DNA of 64,000 nt from an uncultured Alphaproteobacteria bacterium (GTDB lineage Bacteria; Pseudomonadota; Alphaproteobacteria; Rhizobiales; Rhizobiaceae), in contig CAVSAU010000014.1 in the NCBI GenBank assembly GCA_963726065.1, positions 2,517 through 66,516 on the forward strand, read 5' to 3'. Position numbers and translations under genes: made by a program. The notes under the pieces are model-generated. The model was not told the DNA's origin. It worked only from the letters and a program-made list of their open reading frames with translations, and searched no databases. Shown here one piece after another: positions 20,366 to 31,746 of this stretch (its first letter is position 1; each line of letters starts with the position of its first letter).

Positions 20366-21708
20366 AACAATGTTTAGGTTCCGATCCTACAAGTGCAGTG
20401 TGCCACTTTCGCCATCAGATAGTGCCAGCCACCGGGGGGCGAAACAGCTACGTTTAACACATTTCCGCGCCCTTAGTAGGCCATGGCACCTGGTGTAGTA
20501 GCCAACGTCCGGCGTTCCAGCCAGGACCTGCGTGGTTCTGACACACAAGTTCAGTTTGAAGCGAAAGCCCAATTTTCCAAGAAAAATGCATGCGATGAAG
20601 CGCAATTCCCTGGCTCGGAAACACTGCGCAGTCGTGCTTGAACATCGCCTTGCTGGTTACGACAAGAGCCAGCAATTCGTCATAATCGGTGATCGCTGTG
20701 CACGCCATGCGCTCGGTTCGTTGCTTTGGAATGATCGGGCCATGAGAATGAGCATGCGAAAGGTTGCCGATCCTCACTTCAAGATGCGGCTTCGACTGTT
20801 TCGGGGTCGGTGATGGGGATAGCGCCGCGAAAGGCGTTGCTCCTCACCGGTGTCGCTGCCAGAATCCCCGTGCTTCGCCCGGCACTTCAGCCCGCGGGTT
20901 GCCCATATCGGTGAAACACGAAACAACGCTTCGCTGGTTGGTACCTCGACCATGTCCACGGCAACACGGCAACGGCACGATCGACTTCGAACGCTAGCAT
21001 CGGTTCCAGAAGCATGCGCCGCCCCTCGCCAACACCTCAGTTGCCTGACAAACATCGATGTCATCGCATTTCGGAAGTTGTTAAGACAAGCAGGGATCAC
21101 CGCATTTGACAGCTTAGAAATGCAGATTTTACTTGCAGTCATGCAGAGGTGGAAGGCTCGAAGGCCACAGCGTGGCATCAGCTAGGGGCGCATGGAGATC
21201 GAGAACGATGTCGATCTGGGCGTGAACACGATGACGCGCGTTTAAGACGTTGACGATTCGCCGTTAAGCCATCTCGGGTCGAAAAAGCGGTCTGCCGGAC
21301 CATCATAGGGGAGGCGCGTTATATCCCAGTGGCTAACGAAGCGTGCGTAGGCGCTCCAGACCGGCGGCCCTCCGCCAATGAAGACGATACAACCGGCAAA
21401 ACTTTGTAGGGTTTCGTGAGGATCCATGCTGGAGCGCACCGTGACGAGTTTACGATCGGAAGGGCGAAATCGGGGACGCTGCCGATAGTCTGGGGACCGG
21501 CGAGCAGAACGCCCCTCTTAAGGTCGGAGAATCGAGCAACGTCGGCTACATACACCGGTGAACGGTTACCCTCCCAAGGCAATTTTCCTTGCAACCCAAG
21601 TTGGCCAGACTGCGCAACGAACCCAGGATGCGTCAGGCGGCCAGGGAGTTACGCGACCAAAAAATTGCGCAGGCGTCCGACTGCTGAGCGCAGAAGCGCT
21701 TTGTCCTT

Positions 21709-23400
21709 TCATCTCCCAAATGTCATCATGGCTACGAGCACGGGTCCCCATGCTGTAAGCAGAATATTTCCTACGGCGTACGGAACTGTGTAGCCCAGTG
21801 CGGGAACACTGCTATTAAACTCGTCTTGAATGGCACGAAGTGCGGCCGTAATCGTCCCGGCACCGGCGCAAGCGCCCAAGACGATCAGCGGATTCATCCT
21901 CAATACATAGCGGCCAAAGAGTATTCCTATGGTATGTGGTAACAGGGCTGACACCAGACCAACGGCGACCAGGCTCAAACCGGTATTCTGAAGTCCGGAA
22001 AAGAAGCTCGGTCCGGCGCTTAAGCCGACCACCCCGATAAATAGACACAGCCCTACAGTGTCGAAAATCCAGATCGCCGGCTGCGGCATCCGACCGAAGA
22101 ATGGGTACACAGATCTAAGCCAACCGAAGATCAAACCCATGATCAAGGCTCCACCGCTCGCTGTAAGGGTGAGCGGAATACCTGCGACAGTCAGCGAAAG
22201 CAGGCCCACAAGCCCTCCCAGCACTATGCCAGTGCCGACGAAAACCATGTCTGTCGCATCGGTCGGTCGGTCGGCATAGCCAATTTCCTTGGCCGCTTTC
22301 TCAACCTCGGGCTTTGTTCCGATCAGGCACATTACATCCCCTCGATCGATCTGCGTTATGGCGGCGATGGGCATCTCATGTCCAGCGCGTGTGAGCCTTC
22401 GAAGAAAGACGCCACGAGCAAACTCCAACTTGGTCAAGTCATCAAGCGCCAGTCCTACGATAGACCGTTTAGTCACCACCACATCCAGCACTTCGATTGG
22501 GACGTCGAGCAGAGACTTGTCGTCCACCTCGGGACCGATGATGTCCCCTCGTCTCACGTGAATTTCCTGGCGTGCAAGCACGGCAACAACATCATCCTTA
22601 CGGATGACCAAGTCAGGTACAGGCTCCAAGATCTCGGTGCCTCGGCGAATGCGCGCAATGAAGACCCGAGTGTCCTTGGGCATTGCCTCGATATCCGCCA
22701 AGGTCTTGTCTACCAGGATGGGATTCGTGACGCGGTAGGCCCGGACGTCGAAAAATTTGGTCCCGGAGACGACACCTGGGCCAAGTTCTGACGAGCCCGC
22801 CAGCGCAGCCTGCATACGAGCACCTTCTTCGCGCAGGTTTATCCCCATCAATTTGGGCCCGATGGTAGGAAGGAACCAGACGAGACTGGCAGTCCCAATC
22901 AGGTAGGTGACCGCGTAGGCGACAGGGATGTTGTTTAGCAGCGCGCTTTTCTCCGCATCGGACAGCGGGAGGCGCTGAATGGCCTCGCCTGCGGTGCCGA
23001 TGACTGTTGACTCGGAAAATGCTCCAGCAAGGAGTCCGGCTGCCGTACCGATGTCGTAGTTCAGCAGCTTCGCGAAACCGAATGCTGTGAACAGACATGC
23101 AACGCAAAGGACCACGGTGAGCAGCACCTGCGGAATTGCGTCCTTTTTCAGTCCTCGAAAGAACTGCGGTCCTACTTTGTAGCCGGTGGTAAAGAGGAAG
23201 AGATCGAAGAATATGACCTTCACGATTGGCGGGACTTTGATATCGAGCTGTCCGATCAAGACCCCTGCGAAGAGCGTCCCCACGACAATGCCGAGACTGA
23301 AGCTCCCAAACTTGAGGCGGCCGATCAAGAAGCCAACTGCCAGTGTGAGGAATATCGCCAGCTCAGGATTGTTCTGCAGTGCTTGCACAAAATAGGTCAT
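21709..23400 (-). CDS. aspT: second intact AspT/AAE-family antiporter
   Basis: Same 563-aa architecture as 14741-16432 but divergent in sequence; NPELAIFLTLAVG, VGPQFF, GYTVPYAVGN. Confidence 0.88.
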   Translation of the reverse strand: MTYFVQALQNNPELAIFLTLAVGFLIGRLKFGSFSLGIVVGTLFAGVLIGQLDIKVPPIVKVIFFDLFLFTTGYKVGPQFFRGLKKDAIPQVLLTVVLCVACLFTAFGFAKLLNYDIGTAAGLLAGAFSESTVIGTAGEAIQRLPLSDAEKSALLNNIPVAYAVTYLIGTASLVWFLPTIGPKLMGINLREEGARMQAALAGSSELGPGVVSGTKFFDVRAYRVTNPILVDKTLADIEAMPKDTRVFIARIRRGTEILEPVPDLVIRKDDVVAVLARQEIHVRRGDIIGPEVDDKSLLDVPIEVLDVVVTKRSIVGLALDDLTKLEFARGVFLRRLTRAGHEMPIAAITQIDRGDVMCLIGTKPEVEKAAKEIGYADRPTDATDMVFVGTGIVLGGLVGLLSLTVAGIPLTLTASGGALIMGLIFGWLRSVYPFFGRMPQPAIWIFDTVGLCLFIGVVGLSAGPSFFSGLQNTGLSLVAVGLVSALLPHTIGILFGRYVLRMNPLIVLGACAGAGTITAALRAIQDEFNSSVPALGYTVPYAVGNILLTAWGPVLVAMMTFGR

Positions 23401-23432
23401 ATGCTCCCCACAATGTCAGTCGAACTCGGCTA

Positions 23433-23464
23433 TCATCCGCTCATCCGCTCATCCGCTCATCCGC
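23433..23464. repeat. tandem repeat (TCATCCGC)x4 upstream of aspT
   Basis: Four perfect 8-bp units, 33-64 bp before the start codon at 23400. Confidence 0.9.
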
Positions 23465-23742
23465 GGCTCGGTGCCCGAGGCCCTGCCTGAGTAAATGGCG
23501 GAGAGCACTTTGAACCAATACAGGGGGTCATGCGAAGCTCACGATGAAGATCGCGGGGCCGAACCGTAGCGTGGCGAAGAGGTGCGGTTTACCTGCATGC
23601 GCCTCAACGGCTCATAGGACACTCTCCCCAGGGTGGTCTTCATTTCGACCGCGACTAGAACCCTTTCTTCGAAGTCCGCTGAGGATCCCGGCCGCGCCCT
23701 TTCCGTTCAGGTCCGCAACAACTCACTGCGGCCACGCTTCGG

Positions 23743-23934
23743 CTAGTTACGCCGCGACGTCCGCCGCGCCACACCGGCAACGCTGACCGGTGTCAGCGGC
23801 CGGCCGACGACAGCCTCGGCGGTCGAGACAAAGCCGGGTATCCCTTGGATGGACAGGTGCTGGCCCAATTCGGTCACACCGCTCATCATGATCAACGCGG
23901 CAACCAACATCCCAACTCGTTTCAATGCGGTCAT
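23743..23934 (-). CDS. small exported cationic peptide (AEA|VVGRPLTPVSVAGVARRTSRR)
   Basis: Start overlaps the stop of the DUF2092 gene (ATGA); hydrophobic N-terminus; second copy at 33076-33231. Confidence 0.75.
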   Translation of the reverse strand: MTALKRVGMLVAALIMMSGVTELGQHLSIQGIPGFVSTAEAVVGRPLTPVSVAGVARRTSRRN

Positions 23935-25238
23935 TGTTTGTCTCCCATTGCGAAGTTCGACGGAAGTTCACTGGTCTGTTCCTGAAGGTCCTTTAGGTCG
24001 ATCTTCTCTGCGTTTGTCGGGTTCTGGAACGTAAAGTCATCCTTCGCTGCCTTTTCGCCGGCGTTCCAATTCCTGAATTCCACGCTGTACTGCGGTCCGT
24101 CGGTAACAAGCCTTGATGTAATGACGTATTTGCATGGATAGGGATTCTCTCCCTGTGTGATCCAAACCTGCAAGTCTACCTCATCCTTGCGGAACGCGAG
24201 AAAATCGCACTCGGTACCGTTGATCACTCCACTGCCGAGATCTTTCGAGTCATAAACGTCTTCCATCAACGCGGCGTAGGAGTTCGACGCCAAGAGATCG
24301 GCGGCAGGGAGCGGTCTGTCGTATTTGTTCCTCAACTCGTCAATCAATTCATCAATCGTGCCGGGAAACTCAAGCTGGGTGTACTTGTTGGCGTTCTTTC
24401 CGAACAGGGTCAGGGTTTTGCCATCGAACAGAGTTTCGACGTCTACGAAGCCGCCGGCGCGCGCGGCACGGACCTTATCCGGACGGTTGAGCGTCACCGT
24501 GCCGGAACTTGCGAGCGCAAGCTTCTGTTTATCATTGGTTACGACCTCGAGCCCCGCGTCATAGTCGAACGATATTGCTTTCTGTGCATCCAGATAATCC
24601 GACATCGCCTTAAGCAGTCGCTTGGCCTCTGCCGCGTCGGTAAATCGAACAAGCTCGACCCGGCGGTTGAGTGCACGCCCCTCTGCCGTGTCGTTGCCGG
24701 CGATAGGCCGCTTTTCCCCGGCGCCGGCCGTGGCCAGCCTTTGCTCGTCAATGCCGCGTTCAACCAACCCCGCTTTGATGGCGTTGGCGCGGGCGAGCGA
24801 CAAGGCCTCGTTGGGCTGCGGGTCAGACGTGGCGTCGGTATGTCCAACAATCCTCAAATGCCAATCGGGGAAGTTCTTGAGCGTCGTCGCAATGTCGTCC
24901 AGGAGCGATTTCGCATCGGCCGGGACTGTCGATTGGTCACTGGCGAAGCGCAGGCCGTAGAGATCATAGTGCTCCTTCGTCTGCAGCGCCTGCTCCATGG
25001 TTTCCATCTTGTATTGCTTGGCTAGATCTTCTTCGGTTTGCGCCCAGGCAGTAACGCTGAGTGCGGCAATGCCAACCGTCATCGTAACAGCTGCCAGCAC
25101 ACACCTAGCGGCGTCATGTACATGACTGGCAGCAGTAAGATTGCCATCTCCACTTCCACCCGACGAATCTCTTGATTTATCGGATGAATTTCTTGCTTTG
25201 CAAACTCGCGGGAATTTCAGAAGACAATGAATATTCAT
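23931..25238 (-). CDS. OmpA-like peptidoglycan-binding domain fused to DUF2092
   Basis: Signal ending AWA; IVGHTD...NEALSLARA...GRALNRRVE (OmpA_C), then AKRLLKAMSDYL...RPDK...FDGKTLT...PAADLL...PCKYVITS (DUF2092); start uncertain. Confidence 0.8.
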   Translation of the reverse strand: MNIHCLLKFPRVCKARNSSDKSRDSSGGSGDGNLTAASHVHDAARCVLAAVTMTVGIAALSVTAWAQTEEDLAKQYKMETMEQALQTKEHYDLYGLRFASDQSTVPADAKSLLDDIATTLKNFPDWHLRIVGHTDATSDPQPNEALSLARANAIKAGLVERGIDEQRLATAGAGEKRPIAGNDTAEGRALNRRVELVRFTDAAEAKRLLKAMSDYLDAQKAISFDYDAGLEVVTNDKQKLALASSGTVTLNRPDKVRAARAGGFVDVETLFDGKTLTLFGKNANKYTQLEFPGTIDELIDELRNKYDRPLPAADLLASNSYAALMEDVYDSKDLGSGVINGTECDFLAFRKDEVDLQVWITQGENPYPCKYVITSRLVTDGPQYSVEFRNWNAGEKAAKDDFTFQNPTNAEKIDLKDLQEQTSELPSNFAMGDKQ

Positions 25239-25469
25239 TGATTTTCTTCCCTTTGTACGACATTCACCTGATGAACAAGGGGCGATACTGGACCTCTTCG
25301 GTGCTCCTTGGCAAGGTAGCGCGTATATTTCCTTCAAGCGCGCCACTTAGATGCTGTAATGAGCCAGCGCTCATCGCATAGCCAGGAAGGCGGCTGTCCT
25401 TCAGAATGATGATGTTGAACGGGGTCCGATTGTGTCGGCCCCAAGCATCAAGCGAGGGACAACATGGAC

Positions 25470-25810
25470 TACCCGCGGCCCGTGTTCTTGCTCATCCGAA
25501 AGTGGCCGAGGCCGATAAGGATCGGCTACGGGCACTGATGGAGACAGCCGACCCGGTGCTGCTGTTTGCCCGCATCCGCGCCACACAGGAAGAGCTTGGA
25601 AGGCGGGTCGATCGTCGTGGCCTGAATGCGAAAACCAGGAGCCGTTGGTCATCGATCTCCAGAGCTTCGCTGCGAACTTGAAAACAGCCTGGAAGAATGG
25701 CGAGACACGACCAATGCATCGGCGACCCTATCGCCGGACCAAGCCCTGGCCGAAGAGGCCCAGAGCCCCTCGAGGCGCGGATCAAGGAATGGCTGAAGGA
25801 AGACCTCGGC
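25470..25810 (+). mobile_element. remnant C-terminal part of an integrase-core (rve) transposase
   Basis: PAARVLAHPKV...DPVLL..IRATQEEL / LKTAWKNGETRPMHRR in broken frames. Confidence 0.55.
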
Positions 25811-26048
25811 CTCTCGGCAGCCCGCGTGCAATAGGGGGGGCAATTTCTCATTTCGCCTGACAAATCGGGTAATAGGTGATGGACATGAGCATCGTGAAGT
25901 TGAGGGAAGTGATGAGTGCAATGTCGAACGAAACAAGATTGTCGGGGACGTTGCCTGGAAGAGGTGACTGTGACATGGGCCCGCTGCCTCAAGCTTCCGG
26001 AAGGCATAGCTATCAGAAGCGATGGGTGAGGTCGTGATGTTTACAAGG

Positions 26049-26738
26049 CTATTCGCTACCGGCTCGCAATTCGAGGGTTACAAGCCTGGCCAAAATCGTT
26101 GCCGGGTAGAGTTGGCCAATGATGCATTCGACATTGCTAAGACTTCGCGCCAACGGGTGGATAGGAACGATGTCGCCGTAACCTGTCGATGTCAGGGTGA
26201 CAAAGCTGAAATAGAAAAGTGAGCTCGCAAGCGCCAAATCGTCCTTGAATGCGATCCCCTTGAATGCATCTGGAATCGACAGGCCAACAAATGCGAACAG
26301 TGTTGCGAAGGCCACCGCAATCAAAAGGTACAAAAGGGTAGCTCCGACTATTCGGTGATAGGTTATGCGGCCTCCCCCGAACACTGCCCGGGCGACCACA
26401 ATTCCAATAGTGACCGCGATGATCAACCATGCACCCGCCAACAAATGCAGGTTGTAGGGCCATGGATAATAAAGGCGGAAAAAAAAGACGGCAAAATTGG
26501 CGATGAATGCGATCGACATTAACCCAAGTGCGATCAGATTTCCCGAGATCATCAGCGCCCCGCCGATAATCGCAAGCAACCCCGCAATTGCAAACGTTTG
26601 AAACAAGAAAATGCCCGCTGCCTGGAGCGGGGCAAAGACGAATATCATTAGTATGAACACAGCTGTTAGCAGAGTGAGCAGCCAGTCGTCACTTTCCCGA
26701 CGCGCGTGGCGGAGTTTGCTCATGAGGTCTATTGTCAT
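26049..26738 (-). CDS. potassium-channel-family membrane protein (Ion_trans_2)
   Basis: Multiple TMs; FYFSFVTLTSTGYGDIVPIHPLARSL..E..IGQLY. Confidence 0.85.
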   Translation of the reverse strand: MTIDLMSKLRHARRESDDWLLTLLTAVFILMIFVFAPLQAAGIFLFQTFAIAGLLAIIGGALMISGNLIALGLMSIAFIANFAVFFFRLYYPWPYNLHLLAGAWLIIAVTIGIVVARAVFGGGRITYHRIVGATLLYLLIAVAFATLFAFVGLSIPDAFKGIAFKDDLALASSLFYFSFVTLTSTGYGDIVPIHPLARSLSNVECIIGQLYPATILARLVTLELRAGSE

Positions 26739-27056
26739 CGCATTTGCTCCAGTCGCGAGGCCTTAACTGATCCTATAAGCGGCTTTAATCTCACCTGCGG
26801 CACGCTGTTTGCAATCAGTCACTGCATGGTTTTGGTAAGCGAGACAACCAACAAAGTTCATAAAGAGCGTACGCGTCGCTTTGGCAGTGATAGCGAGTGT
26901 CGTCTCGGTGTGATTGGAAGGTCCGTGGGGGGGTGGGCACTGTCGTTCAGTCAGCAACCAGCGGGTCTGGCTGGCAAACGCCAACAGTTTAAAATAATTT
27001 GCGCGCACTCTTTTGATTGACCGCTCTAGGCCGAGTGCGGATCTGATGGAAGCTTA

Positions 27057-28190
27057 GGGTCCGTGCCGAAACTCATTGATTTCGTGCGATGCGCCGGACA
27101 AGGATCAAAACAGCTTGCGGCGTAGAGGAATGCTGTTGCGGATTCGATGGTTGCGATTGATCCACGCGAAGAAGCGCTCCACGACCCAACGTCCTGGTTG
27201 CACGGCGAAGCCGATCTGATCTGGCTGTCTTTGACTATTTCGACTGCGATAGAGGTGGCCTCGGCCACACACGGTCCCCGGTATCCAGAATCGGCGAACA
27301 CCATTCGGATAAAGGGAAACGGTCGCCGGGAGGCGTTGAGGATCGGCCCGGCGCCATCACGATCCTGAATGCTGGCGGGATGCGGGTAAAAGGACGAGAG
27401 CCCGACCGTCGGTGTCGACCAGCGCATGGCGCTTGCGGCCCTTGATCTCCTTGCCGGCATCATAGCCGCGTGGCCCGCCACTCTCGCAGGTCTTCACATT
27501 GGCTGTCGATGATAGGGCGGTAGGCGAGGCCTCGCGGCCACACCGTTCGCGATCCAGCATCAGGAGCTTATGGTTCATCTTCTCGAACAGGCAGGTATCG
27601 CAGAACAAGCAAAACCAGCTAAACACAGTGCTCCTTGGCGGAAAATCCGATGGCAACAGACGCCATCCGATGCCGCCACGCATGACGTAGAAAATCGCGT
27701 TCATAATCTCGCGCAAGGACCATCTGCGCGGTCGACCGGTGCGGCTAGCTCTCGGCATAAGTGGTGCAATCAAATTCCACTCTGCATCCGTCGTGTCTGT
27801 TTCATAACGCAGGTTTTCACGGCTATGCTGGCGAGGAGCTGGCGTCCACATCAGGTCTCTGCAATCAGGCTTCGACAACCCGTTGGAATCACGACCGCGC
27901 CAGCTGCTCAACCCCCTTGGGGCGATCCACAATTGAGCACATGTCGGTGTGGGTGTAGCTTCATACAAACCAACTAACACATTGAACTACAATGACATAA
28001 TTACAGCAACCTAGCCGTTGCTCGATTTGGCAGGATACGAAAAGATGTGATACAAATTTTTCGAAGCCGTCCCAGACTTCAAAGTCGCTTGGGATTACGC
28101 GTCCAAATCACATCAGTCCTTAAGCCACGTCCGCCACAACCATGAGCGTCTGCCAGCAAACCCGCGCTCCCGAAATTTCGGGACGGGCTC
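27057..28190 (-). mobile_element. degenerate IS5-family (IS1031-group) element, frameshifted transposase
   Basis: YETDTTDAEW...NAIFY..RGG..WR.LPSDFPP..TV; RGYDAGK.IKGRKRHALVDTDG; FADSGY; imperfect IRs GGGTCCGTGCCGAAA (27057-71) and TTTCGGGACGGGCTC (28176-90), each flanked by TTA; the right end may belong to a second copy. Confidence 0.75.
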
Positions 28191-28290
28191 TTAGAACAAA
28201 CAGGAGTAGATTTCCATTCATCTCGTCTTCGTTGCTCAAATCGCGAGGCGGGTGTCCTGAGACTAGCGCGATCTAAGGATGGTGCGTTAC

Positions 28291-28560
28291 ATGATCAGAA
28301 ACATTCTGTCCGCGATTTGCTGCCTGCCGCTTATTACGGCAAGCCAGGCGATTGGCGCTACTGTGACAAATCTCGACGCCGACCCATTCTTCTTCGTTGT
28401 GACTGAAAACGGAATTCGAACAGAAATGGGGGTGCGGAAAGGAGAGACCTTAGAGTTCTGCCCGCATGGATGCTTCGTGGCGCTCCCCAATGGTAACCGC
28501 GCCGCCCTAAAAGGAGATGAAATCCTGGAAATCTCAGGCGGTCGCATCAACGTCAAGTAG
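28291..28560 (+). CDS. small secreted hypothetical protein
   Basis: Signal peptide ending AIG; ATVTNLD...FCPHGC motif. Confidence 0.6.
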   Translation: MIRNILSAICCLPLITASQAIGATVTNLDADPFFFVVTENGIRTEMGVRKGETLEFCPHGCFVALPNGNRAALKGDEILEISGGRINVK

Positions 28561-28704
28561 GCGGCCGGCCGTGCCTTGGGCAATTGCTTGAGTGACGTGC
28601 GCTATCTTGACCAATACGCTCCGGCAGCGCCGATTTCCGCCTTCAAAACGAACGCGTTCCGCCGTAGCTGTGTCCGGCTGCTGAACGCGACATCGCGCAG
28701 CCGG

Positions 28705-29868
28705 TCAGAATTTTATCCGTGCTCCTGCGAGCACTGCGAAACTGTCGTCGAATTCCTCGGCCTCCTCTTCGTAGTCATGCGAGCGGGCGCCGAGATACAG
28801 TTCGGTCTGATAGTAGTCCAGATTCTGGACAAGCTGAACTCCGAAAGAGGTGCTCTCACTTCCAACGGCAGCGATGTCCTCGCCATAATAGGCATCAACA
28901 GAAACTGCGGTCTTCCCGGCCTCGAAGATATCCGTCTGATAGCCAAGCTTGACGTATCCATAACGCCCATCGGCAACCATCTCATCGGAATAGGCCGCCG
29001 CCAGCGTGAGGCTCAGGCCTGTCGGCTCGTGCAAGAACGAAACCGACCCATCGACAAGGGAGTCGTCTTCGGCAGGCTCGGAATACGCAACAGCGGCGGC
29101 GACCTTGAAGTCGCCGAATGTGTTGTCGTATCGCGCAGCAATGTCCCAGACTGTCACATGTGTTTCTTCCGGAACCACCTGTGTGCCTACCGACGTCGCG
29201 AGGCTGAAGCCGGCAAATTTCGGAGTGTCATATCGCACCCGCAATTTACGGGCGACGCCGTCGAAATTTGTGAAAGCATCCTTCACGCGCACGGAAGAGA
29301 GTTCGCCGTCATTCAATCGGAAGAATGGTCCTCCAGCCATATCGGAGACGAGCGAATAGCCGACGACCGATGTCCCGGAGAGATCGACCTCCGCCGTTGA
29401 ATCGGAAGCCATGCTGCCCTGGCCGGCCCACAGCTTGCCGTAATCTTTGGACTCCAGGTAAACTTCCGCCTTGCGAAGCAGATCCGTCTCCCAATCGAAA
29501 TCGTCCCGATTGAGCTGATTTACATTAGTGGTCGAATAGGGGTTCCATTCCCATTCGAGGTTGCCGCCGAGCGACAAACCCTCGTTGATCGCGCCGTAAA
29601 GACGCAAGCCTGCGCGCGACGACGAATTGCCGTTGTCGACCGGAATATACCCCAAGGTTGAACCGCCGTCGTCGAATACCAGAAGCCCTTTGTTGATCTG
29701 AGCGTAAAATTCGAGATAGTGCTGGTCGTCACCCCAGCGCAATTTGGGGAATAACGTCTCCCTGGATTCGGTGACGGGAACGGCTGTCTGGCCAGCGGCG
29801 GGTCCGACCAGCGTCATCACCGTCAGTGGAACACATATCGCAGCTGCCCCAACATAACGTCGAGTCAT
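28705..29868 (-). CDS. outer membrane porin (Gram-negative porin-like beta-barrel)
   Basis: Signal peptide; FYAQIN, SSSRAG, YGKLWAGQG, RVRYDTP motifs; terminal GARIKF. Confidence 0.85.
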   Translation of the reverse strand: MTRRYVGAAAICVPLTVMTLVGPAAGQTAVPVTESRETLFPKLRWGDDQHYLEFYAQINKGLLVFDDGGSTLGYIPVDNGNSSSRAGLRLYGAINEGLSLGGNLEWEWNPYSTTNVNQLNRDDFDWETDLLRKAEVYLESKDYGKLWAGQGSMASDSTAEVDLSGTSVVGYSLVSDMAGGPFFRLNDGELSSVRVKDAFTNFDGVARKLRVRYDTPKFAGFSLATSVGTQVVPEETHVTVWDIAARYDNTFGDFKVAAAVAYSEPAEDDSLVDGSVSFLHEPTGLSLTLAAAYSDEMVADGRYGYVKLGYQTDIFEAGKTAVSVDAYYGEDIAAVGSESTSFGVQLVQNLDYYQTELYLGARSHDYEEEAEEFDDSFAVLAGARIKF

Positions 29869-31092
29869 GGAGAACCCCTTCTAAAGTGAAATGGCCGATG
29901 CAGCGGCATCATGGGCGCAACGCTTTGCTGCCAGAATAAAGATACTGGGGCGGCCTTAGCGCGCAACCGCAATTGGCACCTAGTCCTCTGCTGTCGTCCA
30001 CGGAGGCGCGCGCCCGTGCAGCGGTTCTCCAGACGCCACTCCTAGTCCTCGAGCCCGTTCGCAAGTTTCCCGGTATCGTTGTGGTCATCCGATGAAGGGC
30101 CTTCACCAGGAAGGAAGGTAAGCCATGTAGGCTCGGACGCGCATTCGGAGATCCATGCCGGTATAAAGAAGTATACGCTGCTGAGCAGGTCAGGAAGTCA
30201 ATGGTCACCGAGAAGACCTCCCTTTAGGGCGAAGCGCGCTTTGGCGGCTCGCGGTCCAGCCCAGTGCTTCCTGCCGGACCAGCTGCCATTCTCTCGTGAA
30301 ATGGCAGAAATCAAAAGCGTGATTGTTCCCACGCAGGAGCGACGGCGCGGAATAGGGCGGAGTGTTGCCGAAGAGAGACAGCGTGGCGTTGCGCCGGCGG
30401 CCACCACCAGGTTCATCCTGAGCTCAATGTGCCATCTACGCGCGAGCACTATTATTATGAGCACCAGCGGCTGGTGACGGCGAGGCTGCCGCAATTTGCC
30501 GATTGCTTATGAGCAGGGCGGGGCGGGCGGTTGAGGTTGCAATCACGCGTAGCAATGGCGCACCAGGTGATGGGATTCCCGACCGACGAAGTGACGAAGT
30601 GCGAGACCGTGTTCATCCCGTTGTGTCCTCGCCCGCCGCATAGACACAAGCGTTGGAGAACGCTCTCGATGCTCGGAAGATGCGATGTGAGGGTGAACTG
30701 GTCGGAACCTGGAAGACGGACACCGACGCTCATTCAAAGACCTCGTAGCCTGCCAAGCAGCATGGTATCCAGTTCGCTACCATTAAAACGCCAGCGGCCA
30801 CATGTGTGACCGCAACAGGCCGCAAGAAAGACTGAATCGACCCGCACGCCGAGGTTGTGTAAAAAACCGACCAAACGGTCGGCGTGCAAAAATTATATCC
30901 CTCTAGCTGAGCGTCCGACAGCTCTCTGCGGGCCGACGCATGCTTTGACCTTTGTCGTTCTTCGTGCTCGCAGCCGGCTGTAGACTACGCGATCGGCCAG
31001 TGTGCCTTGTCCGATGATGCCGGCCACTTCGTAAACCAGGTGGGCGATTGAAAGGCGCCGTGCCGTTCCGCACTCGCGCCATTACGAGCGGT

Positions 31093-31400
31093 TCAGGACC
31101 CATTGTTTCGCTGCTTCAACATCTCCTGACCTAAACCTCTTGATTTCTGCAGAGACGAAATGTGTCGCCAGTTTCCGAGAGCAGAATTAGTGACAAGGGC
31201 AACTCTCTTGACCTGTTTGTGATGGTCCCGCACGAACCGGAAATGAGCTGCCATTGCCCGGATGCTCTCCCATCCGGGGAACTCTTGAGCTTCGATGATG
31301 ATCCCAATAAAGGCGCCACCAGTCGCTGTGTACGGATCGTAGCGTCGCATCGAGACAGCCAAGCGACCGAGGGACGGGGACGATGCGGCCGCCGCCTTCT
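31093..31400 (-). pseudogene. STAS/SEC14 (SpoIIAA-like) domain remnant
   Basis: IIIEAQEFPGWESIRAMAAHFRFVRDHHKQVKRVALVT; both ends degraded. Confidence 0.65.
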
Positions 31401-31746
31401 GAAACTCTTGCCGGATCAAGTTTGAACTTACGTCGACCACAAAGAGATCGTCGCCGCCGCATAGCTTCCGTGGGGTCCCGGGAAATAGACCGCGATCGGA
31501 ATGAGCATTTCCGATCTTTTCCAAACCTCAAGGGCGCCTGACAGAAAAGGAGCGCCGGCAGGCCGAGCAAAGTCAGCGTTGAATTTAGGGCCGAGCTGAA
31601 AAGCCGATCCAGAATAAGAACGTGCTATCCATTTGACGCGGCTCTGGAACAATCTGCGTCCTGAGGCCTTTACCTCCTTGTCTGACGTTACATTAGTTTG
31701 TCGCACAATGCGCTCGGTCCATCACGACTCCATCATCTGAGGAGAA

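Noticed and set aside
30125-30400. Possible IS256 transposase remnant (GSDAHSEIHAGIKK)
   Set aside because: Similarity is too short and degraded to support a call.
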